Positions 1-4,294 of a DNA stretch of 4,294 nucleotides are shown in pieces. A program made the position numbers and the translations under genes. The stretch's first letter is position 1; each line of letters begins with the position of its first letter. The notes under the pieces were generated by a model. It was not told where the DNA came from. It did not search any database and saw only the letters and a list, made by a program, of their open reading frames with translations. The DNA comes from a virus (taxonomy: Duplodnaviria > Heunggongvirae > Uroviricota > Caudoviricetes): the IMG/VR virus record IMGVR_UViG_2703719366_000022; one strand, written 5' to 3'.

Positions 1-513
1 GATATAACGGTTTACCCACACCCCAGCGTGCCGAATCCTGGCTGGCCCCCGTGTCCGCACTGAATGTCCCCTCAGCGCCCTGGGTGAATGCAGAACCACC
101 ACGACAGCATGGTACCAGCANNNNNNNNNNNNNNNNNCATCATGCAGGCAGTGGTCGGCCGGAATGATGTCGTTATACGTACAACTCTCTCCACCCGGAG
201 TTACCGTGCTGCGGCGCGCCAGCTGTTTAATGCGCGGATCCGGAGCATCGTAAGAATCCGGTAACGGAAGCCCTTCACCGTAGGCCATGCCGTTGGACTG
301 TCCGGCAAGCACAACCACGTAGAACCAGTCCGGCTTAGATGAAGGGCCGACCTGTGGATCTCCTTCAATAGCCACCGCCTGCATCAGTGTGTACGGCGTA
401 ATGGCAACCGGTCCGCCGTATGGCTGCCAGCCCTCTTTCAGTTTGTGTGTCAGCTTTTCCGCAAGGTCTGACGGCGACGCCGCCCTGACAACATCATAGT
501 GTTTAAATGCCAT
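1..513 (-). CDS. NanS-p-like prophage esterase (DUF1737-type N-terminus followed by SGNH/GDSL-like hydrolase region with GQSNG motif); 5' portion only, continues beyond window start
   Basis: Minus-strand ATG at 513..511 with GGAGG Shine-Dalgarno 4 nt upstream. Translation begins MAFKHYDVVRAASPSDLAEKLTHKLKEGWQPYGGPVAITPYTLMQAVAIEGDPQVGPSSKPDWFYVVVLAGQSNGMAYGEGLP...; the reading frame remains open to position 1 on the far side of the N-run. The N-terminus matches my recollection of the DUF1737 domain of Stx-phage NanS-p sialate O-acetylesterases, and GQSNG is a typical SGNH catalytic-serine block. Absent from the supplied ORF track, probably because of the N-run. Confidence 0.7.
   Translation of the reverse strand, partial: MAFKHYDVVRAASPSDLAEKLTHKLKEGWQPYGGPVAITPYTLMQAVAIEGDPQVGPSSKPDWFYVVVLAGQSNGMAYGEGLPLPDSYDAPDPRIKQLARRSTVTPGGESCTYNDIIPADHCLHDXXXXXXCWYHAVVVVLHSPRALRGHSVRTRGPARIRHAGVWVNRYI
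121..137. other. Run of 17 N (assembly gap or masked bases) inside the esterase CDS
   Basis: Literal n characters at 121-137; frame continuity across the gap cannot be verified. Confidence 0.95.
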
Positions 514-706
514 GAATCCTCCCGGCCGGGATAATATTGTGAGTAAAATGAGGAGCGGGCTGAAGTCCGGAAGTTACAGGACAATGGCAGAAGAGAGACA
601 ACAGCCCGCAATACGAAAAAGGCCGCGCTATTGCGCAGAGTGATTACTGTCGGATATTATTCGCCAGCTGAAATATTACTTCACGTTTTGTTGTTTATTC
701 CTTGCC

Positions 707-735
707 GCCCGCGTCTCCCTGCGCGGGCTTTTTTT
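707..735 (+). terminator. Rho-independent terminator, plus-strand orientation
   Basis: GCCCGCG (707-713) / CGCGGGC (722-728) 7-bp GC-rich stem, 8-nt loop, followed by seven T (729-735). No T-tract on the opposite strand, so the orientation is plus, opposite to all genes in the window. Confidence 0.55.
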
Positions 736-737
736 GT

Positions 738-766
738 CCATAAGAAAGCCCCTCCGGAGAGGGGCT
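738..766 (-). terminator. Candidate weak intrinsic terminator or structural hairpin
   Basis: Perfect 8-bp stem AGCCCCTC / GAGGGGCT (747-754 / 759-766) with CGGA loop; on the minus strand it is followed by TTCTTATGG, an imperfect U-tract. Confidence 0.3.
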
Positions 767-962
767 GGAGAGTGGCGCTATGTGCCATTGCATGGTGCCG
801 GGTGCCTCCCGGTGAATTCAGTACCAGCACCTGAATCCGCGATTATCCCATATACCTACTCGCTGATTGCCCCTCCGCACAGGGGGATTCACCATGCCAG
901 TTTCTTTTAACAAACTCCCCGCAAACCAGACAACAGTCAACCGCCTGAATTGTGAGACATTT

Positions 963-988
963 AAAAAAAAGGCCCGCAAAAGCGAGCC
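963..988 (-). terminator. Rho-independent terminator closing the tRNA cluster
   Basis: Minus strand reads GGCTCGC-TTTT-GCGGGCC (7-bp stem with one G-U pair) followed by eight T; lies about 15 nt past the 3' CCA of the last tRNA. Confidence 0.6.
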
Positions 989-1002
989 AGGGAAAATAAG
1001 TG

Positions 1003-1079
1003 TGGCGCGTTGTACTGGATTCGAACCAGTGACCGATTGCTTAGAAGGCAATTGCTCTGTCCGGCTGAGCTAACAACGC
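1003..1079 (-). tRNA. argO: tRNA-Arg (anticodon UCU), 77 nt, CCA encoded
   Basis: Hand-folded cloverleaf: acceptor GCGTTGT/ACAACGC, D-stem GCTC/GAGC, anticodon stem ATTGC/GCAAT with loop CTTCTAA, T-arm ACTGG-TTCGAAT-CCAGT, discriminator G, 3' CCA. Fully canonical. Gene symbol is by analogy with the ileZ-argN-argO order I recall for Stx phages. Confidence 0.85.
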
Positions 1080-1092
1080 AGGATACAGATAA

Positions 1093-1169
1093 TGGACCGC
1101 CTTCGGGGACCCGAACTCCGCGCAACCAGCTTCGAAAGCTGGCGCTCTTTCCTGATGAGCTAATGGCGG
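1093..1169 (-). tRNA. argN: tRNA-Arg-like (anticodon UCG) with non-canonical features; possibly degenerate
   Basis: Hand fold: acceptor CCGCCAT/AAGGCGG (one A/A mismatch), D-stem GCTC/GAGC, anticodon stem CCAGC/GCTGG with loop TTTCGAA, T-arm CGGAG-TTCGGGT-CCCCG (one A/C mismatch, G rather than A at position 58), discriminator U, CCA encoded. Gene symbol by positional analogy only. Confidence 0.5.
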
Positions 1170-1176
1170 TATGTGA

Positions 1177-1252
1177 TGGTGGCCCTTGCTGGATTTGAAC
1201 CAGCGACCTGGCGATTATGAGTCGCTCGCTCTCACCACTGAGCTAAAGGGCT
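1177..1252 (-). tRNA. ileZ: tRNA-Ile2 / Met-type (anticodon CAU), 76 nt, CCA encoded
   Basis: Hand fold: acceptor AGCCCTT/AAGGGCC (A1 opposite C72), D-stem GCTC/GAGC, anticodon loop CTCATAA, T-arm GCTGG-TTCAAAT-CCAGC, discriminator A. Closely resembles the E. coli ileX sequence as I recall it (lysidine-modified, AUA-reading). Confidence 0.8.
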
Positions 1253-1262
1253 GGGTCAAAAA

Positions 1263-1291
1263 ATAATAATCAGATGAAAATCAATAATCAA
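1263..1291 (-). promoter_or_regulatory. Candidate sigma70 promoter for the tRNA cluster
   Basis: Minus strand: -35 TTGATT (plus 1286-1291), 17-bp spacer, -10 TATTAT (plus 1263-1268), ending about 11 nt upstream of the tRNA-Ile 5' end. Overlaps the 3' end of the AraC CDS. Confidence 0.35.
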
Positions 1292-1994
1292 GCCCTTGCC
1301 TGGATACATATCTGTCTGGCGGGAAGCCATAATAGCGGTGAAATACAGAAATAAAGTAGGACCAGCTTGAATAACCGCATTTTTCTGCTACAGCCTGTCC
1401 ATATCCATGCCGGGAACATAACATATTGACAGCAACACGCATCCGCTCTTCCAGCAACAAGCGACTGAACATGTGCCCTTCATTTTTCAGTTTTATCTTT
1501 AACAAACTCTCACTCATATGCAGGCGTAACGCAATCGCACCAAGCGTCCAGCTTGCTGATATATCTGTCTGAATTATCGCCCTGACTTTGGCACTTATAC
1601 TGGATAAACATCCACTTAAAAATAATAATATCCGTTCATCTGATTCAAACAGCGACAGGCATGCCATCATAAGAAACATATCCGTGGTATCTCCGGAAAA
1701 TCTCTGGCTGGTAATTAAAGCCTCAGCCAACGCAGGGTTGTTGGGTTCCAGTGACAGATAAAGCGGAACGTCAGTCAGATGAGTTCTTGTCAGCTTATGC
1801 TGAATTTCCAGATATTGACTTACTATGGAATGGTTTATATCGAAAATTTTAACTTTGCCATAATGCATAAGGAAAAGCGCCCTGATGCATTTGGTGGCCA
1901 GAACGACTGAGCCGGGCTTAAGTGACAACGTATCCTTTTCAAGAAAAATATTAATTGGGGAGCAAACCATGATAACTGAACAGACAACAACCAT
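1281..1994 (-). CDS. AraC/XylS-family transcriptional regulator, AppY/GadX/YdeO-like (237 aa)
   Basis: ORF-track protein; C-terminal AraC-type double HTH (...WTLGAIALRLHMSESLLKIKLKNEGHMFSRLLLEERMRVAVNMLCSRHGYGQAVAEKCGYSSWSYFISVFHRYYGFPPDRY). N-terminus MVVVCSVIMVC and C-terminus align with the AppY sequence as I recall it (MDYVCSVVFIC... / [24 protein letters not shown]). AT-rich gene; no clear Shine-Dalgarno, alternative start at 1970. Confidence 0.85.
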   Translation of the reverse strand: MVVVCSVIMVCSPINIFLEKDTLSLKPGSVVLATKCIRALFLMHYGKVKIFDINHSIVSQYLEIQHKLTRTHLTDVPLYLSLEPNNPALAEALITSQRFSGDTTDMFLMMACLSLFESDERILLFLSGCLSSISAKVRAIIQTDISASWTLGAIALRLHMSESLLKIKLKNEGHMFSRLLLEERMRVAVNMLCSRHGYGQAVAEKCGYSSWSYFISVFHRYYGFPPDRYVSRQGLDY

Positions 1995-2029
1995 TATAAT
2001 TTTACTTTCATTAGCAATTGGTTAGTTCA

Positions 2030-2060
2030 ATTATAGCCCCAAAAGGTAAATTATCATCAA
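2030..2060 (-). promoter_or_regulatory. Candidate sigma70 promoter for the AraC-like gene
   Basis: Minus strand: perfect -10 TATAAT (plus 2030-2035) with -35 TTGATG (plus 2055-2060) at a long 19-bp spacer (18 bp if TGATGA is used); about 35 nt upstream of the ATG at 1994. Confidence 0.35.
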
Positions 2061-2088
2061 CACATAAGCAAAGGACTGACAGGTGCCG

Positions 2089-2328
2089 CTAACACCCACC
2101 AGCCGCCCATTTACCACAAATAAAAAAGCCTTCAGGACTGAAGGCGTCTGTAACAACCGAACTGATAGTCTGCCAGACCCGCATAACCAGCTGGGTCAGT
2201 ATTAACTGGCAGCGCTCGCGTGAAAGGTACGTATTCTGCGCAATCTCCCCGACCGTCGCCGGTTCGGTGACGCTTAATTCATCAAACACAACTCTGGCGG
2301 TTTCTGTCATATCCTGCTGTTTCAGCAT
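2089..2328 (-). CDS. Hypothetical small protein (79 aa), doubtful
   Basis: ORF-track entry with normal GC and non-repetitive composition; a possible HTH-like stretch (TVGEIAQNTYLSRERCQLILTQLV). No convincing Shine-Dalgarno, and an intrinsic terminator sits inside its last ~20 codons, so it may not be a real gene as drawn. Confidence 0.3.
   Translation of the reverse strand: MLKQQDMTETARVVFDELSVTEPATVGEIAQNTYLSRERCQLILTQLVMRVWQTISSVVTDAFSPEGFFICGKWAAGGC
2122..2145 (-). terminator. Rho-independent terminator
   Basis: Minus strand reads GCCTTCAGTCCTGAAGGC (6-8 bp stem) followed by TTTTTTATTT; the T-tract ends about 30 nt before the stop codon of the 79-aa ORF. Confidence 0.6.
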
Positions 2329-2451
2329 GTCTTTTTACCCTTTCCGGTTAACGTGACACACCAATAACTCTTGTCGAAAAAGCCAGCAAGCTGAAAGACC
2401 TGTATTAATAACTACCAGCACATTTAACGCACTGCGCTACTTTGCGGGCAC

Positions 2452-2473
2452 AAAAAACCCGCTCAGAGGCGGG
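2452..2473 (-). terminator. Rho-independent terminator downstream of the CPBP gene
   Basis: Minus strand reads CCCGC-CTCTGA-GCGGG (5-bp GC stem, 6-nt loop) followed by six T; about 140 nt past the CPBP stop codon. Confidence 0.6.
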
Positions 2474-2520
2474 GTCAAGCTATGCGGCGAAATAACCACT
2501 CTTAACAGCATACCTGATTT

Positions 2521-2534
2521 TTTACGTACGTAAA
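2521..2534. repeat. Perfect 14-bp palindrome TTTACGTACGTAAA in the CPBP 3' intergenic region
   Basis: Read directly; the sequence equals its own reverse complement. A second short inverted repeat TGCAT-N7-ATGCA lies nearby at 2545-2561. Confidence 0.3.
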
Positions 2535-2614
2535 TGCTTTGCCGTGCATATTTTTCATGCAAATGTCACGTCCTGCTATTTTTCAGTCTTATAAATTTAA
2601 AACCATAGAAAAAA

Positions 2615-3433
2615 TCAATTATGTTTTAAAAATGGATAGGTAAAGAATAACAAGTGACACAGATTCAAACCAAAATGGAAAAGGGTGGCAACCCACAAAC
2701 GCCCACTCCACATCCATGACAATCCATACACAACACCAGATAACGTGGCAAATAATACAAGTAAAGCACCACCTGAATAGTGATAAAAACCAAACAACAA
2801 AGCCGCCACAATTAATGCAACCAATGGAGACGTTACTTCTGATAGCCGTGATTGAATATACCCTCTAAATAATGATTCCTCTGCCAGAGACACAAAAAAC
2901 AAATTAGCCAATATAAACTCTGGCAACCACTCAGGAAAATGAATCTCTGGCTTTAATCCACCAAAAAAAACAGCCAAAAACAGGATAAGAGGAACAGAGA
3001 GCGACAGAGCCCCCCACTTCCACAAAGACACTTCTGATTTTACTTCTTTTTTAAACAAAGAAGATGTACACAGGACTAACAAAAATGGCACCAGCGCTTT
3101 ATCAAAATTAAAATACATTGTATAGGGAGTACTTTGAGGGCCAACAGTAACAGAATTTAGCACTACAGGATTGTGAAACCCTGGCCATAGATGGAAAAAT
3201 AATGCTATGGCTGATAAAACTATGCCAACTTCATATATAGATTTAGCCCAGGCGTTATATTTCCAGTTGAACTTCAAAATAATAAAAAAAACGATTGTAG
3301 CAACAAAAAATAACACCGACCAATCAATAATATCATTAAGCACAGCCAGGACAACAGACACCGTCAACAATGAAAAAGCCACTACCTTATGCCAACTGAG
3401 AGTTGACAGTGACAGTACTAACACAATCCACAT
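2615..3433 (-). CDS. CPBP-family (CAAX protease / Abi, PF02517-like) intramembrane metalloprotease homolog, ~272 aa, about 8-9 predicted TM helices
   Basis: ORF-track frame. I place the start at ATG 3433..3431, because AAGGAG lies 5 nt upstream; the track's first codon at 3439 is GTG. All three CPBP signature motifs are present in order within hydrophobic segments: EExxxR (AEESLFRG), FxxxH (FGFYHY), HxxxN (HFGLN). Sampled 60-nt stretches are about 30-38% G+C by hand count, against about 58% in rusA. Confidence 0.85.
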   Translation of the reverse strand: MWIVLVLSLSTLSWHKVVAFSLLTVSVVLAVLNDIIDWSVLFFVATIVFFIILKFNWKYNAWAKSIYEVGIVLSAIALFFHLWPGFHNPVVLNSVTVGPQSTPYTMYFNFDKALVPFLLVLCTSSLFKKEVKSEVSLWKWGALSLSVPLILFLAVFFGGLKPEIHFPEWLPEFILANLFFVSLAEESLFRGYIQSRLSEVTSPLVALIVAALLFGFYHYSGGALLVLFATLSGVVYGLSWMWSGRLWVATLFHFGLNLCHLLFFTYPFLKHN

Positions 3434-3464
3434 AAGCACTCCTTTTATTTAATGATGAAGATTG

Positions 3465-3493
3465 ATTATCAATATTTTCAATTCACCAGGCAA
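3465..3493 (-). promoter_or_regulatory. Candidate sigma70 promoter for the CPBP gene
   Basis: Minus strand: -35 TTGCCT (plus 3488-3493), 17-bp spacer, -10 GATAAT (plus 3465-3470), about 30 nt upstream of the CPBP ATG. A separate perfect TATAAT (plus 3544-3549) lies about 40 nt downstream of the Q stop but has a poor -35. Confidence 0.35.
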
Positions 3494-3584
3494 CATTTTA
3501 TCTACCTTCCACAATACATGACCATCAAAAAATAAACATGTTAATTATAAACACAGAAAACATAACCCTCATCACTATATATCC

Positions 3585-3956
3585 CTACCGCATATCCATA
3601 TCTAACCGGACATTCAGAGCCATAAGCATTCCTTCAATAATACCTTCCGCTTTATAAAGCCTTTTACCAATAAGCCCATCAGAACATCTATGCTTACGTG
3701 CAAGAGCCATAAATGTCATTCCACCTACGTAATAATCCACCAACAAATCGTGCAAATACTGATTATTCTTGTTTAATCGTGCCATACAACCACAAATTAT
3801 CATGGCGTCATCATCAGAACACTTAGGACGTGATTTCACTTTAGTCGGGATTAATCCTTTAAAACCAGCAGCTATCGAGGGCCATGTTACATCTTCATGA
3901 TTATTTGCTGCCCATGCCCCCCATCGCTCAAGAACCATCTGGATATCACGCGCCAT
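3585..3956 (-). CDS. Q: Phage late-gene antiterminator Q, short (~125 aa) phage-82 / DLP12 QuuD-like type
   Basis: Protein [123 protein letters not shown] closely matches my recollection of E. coli QuuD. I place the start at ATG 3956..3954 (GAGG 8 nt upstream) rather than the track's GTG at 3965. The ATG overlaps the rusA TGA stop, and the rusA-Q order is canonical for lambdoid phages. Confidence 0.8.
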   Translation of the reverse strand: MARDIQMVLERWGAWAANNHEDVTWPSIAAGFKGLIPTKVKSRPKCSDDDAMIICGCMARLNKNNQYLHDLLVDYYVGGMTFMALARKHRCSDGLIGKRLYKAEGIIEGMLMALNVRLDMDMR

Positions 3957-4294
3957 CGTTACCACCTCTGATTTCGTAAATCTTCACGCCCAGCCGTCCA
4001 CCTGGCACAGGCTGACCGCGCACAATATTGATTTCATCAAACTGCTCGTCATCAATGAGCACTTCCGCATGCGTCAGCGCATCCAGCGGTGCTTTCAGAA
4101 TGTTGTCCAGGTCACGGCGGCGCTTATCCGGTGGTTCTGCAATAATTTTTATTGCCAGCCGTCCGGACAGGCTTAATTTCAGCCGCTGCTGGCGAACAAT
4201 AAGCGCCACAGCCCGGCGATAACGCTCACCGGCTTTTGATACAAAATATGTGCTGCCACGACGTCGCCAGTAGGTGTTCACCGTCGGCGGGTAA
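3946..4294 (-). CDS. rusA: RusA-family Holliday junction resolvase, 5'-truncated by the window edge
   Basis: Translation ...[36 protein letters not shown]...[62 protein letters not shown] contains the conserved RusA acidic block (RRRDLDN) and aligns with the RusA sequence as I recall it. The frame is open to the window end; the track's M at 4281 is an internal GTG. Confidence 0.85.
   Translation of the reverse strand, partial: YPPTVNTYWRRRGSTYFVSKAGERYRRAVALIVRQQRLKLSLSGRLAIKIIAEPPDKRRRDLDNILKAPLDALTHAEVLIDDEQFDEINIVRGQPVPGGRLGVKIYEIRGGNDGA

Noticed and set aside
548-643. Small plus-strand ORF (about 31 aa) upstream of the orphan terminator
   Set aside because: No convincing ribosome-binding site and too short to assess; it ends about 65 nt before the terminator hairpin.
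631-834. Plus-strand 67-aa ORF
   Set aside because: Runs straight through the strong plus-strand terminator hairpin and T-tract at 707-735, has no ribosome-binding site, and its product is low-complexity and Pro/Arg-rich; most likely a chance frame in non-coding DNA.
818-1051. Minus-strand 77-aa ORF
   Set aside because: Overlaps the tRNA-Arg(UCU) gene and the terminator at 963-988; the frame is explained by tRNA and intergenic sequence.
867-1198. Plus-strand ORFs of 68 aa (867-1073) and 62 aa (1010-1198)
   Set aside because: Both lie antisense across the tRNA cluster, whose structured, GC-balanced sequence readily yields spurious open frames.
3207-3452. Plus-strand 81-aa ORF
   Set aside because: Entirely antisense to the CPBP gene, which has a strong Shine-Dalgarno and conserved motifs; the product is low-complexity (Thr/Asn/Ile-rich), consistent with AT-rich antisense sequence.
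3544-3549. Perfect TATAAT about 40 nt downstream of the Q stop as the Q-dependent late promoter
   Set aside because: Not listed as a feature because no acceptable -35 element was found at 16-19 bp spacing and TATAAT-like hexamers occur by chance in AT-rich DNA; kept only as a hypothesis under the terminator-series finding.
4028-4222. Plus-strand 64-aa ORF
   Set aside because: Antisense within rusA; Ser/Arg-rich product typical of a reverse frame of a GC-rich gene.
1-4294. CRISPR arrays, insertion-sequence ends, integrase or attachment-site repeats
   Set aside because: No regularly spaced direct repeats, terminal inverted repeats or transposase/integrase-like frames were seen; the window appears internal to a prophage.

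Overview
This window reads as the late-regulatory region of a lambdoid (E. coli-type) prophage, with every credible gene on the minus strand. All calls are from reading the sequence by hand; no database search or folding program was run. In transcription order (high to low coordinates): a 5'-truncated RusA resolvase, a short Q-type antiterminator overlapping the rusA stop, an AT-rich ~0.8 kb gene for a polytopic membrane protein with the three CPBP/Abi intramembrane-protease motifs, a GC-normal segment holding a doubtful 79-aa ORF, an AT-rich AppY/GadX-like AraC regulator, a three-tRNA cluster (Ile2-CAU, an aberrant Arg-UCG-like, Arg-UCU), a ~490 bp non-coding gap, and the 5' part of a DUF1737/SGNH esterase resembling NanS-p of Stx phages. 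Several intrinsic terminators and sigma70-like promoter candidates lie between the genes. The most interesting candidate is the CPBP-family membrane protein, which with the adjacent AraC regulator looks like a horizontally acquired cargo (moron) module inserted between Q and the tRNAs; its function is unknown. The overall layout, Q - tRNAs - gap - esterase, matches Stx-converting phages but with no toxin genes where stx would sit.
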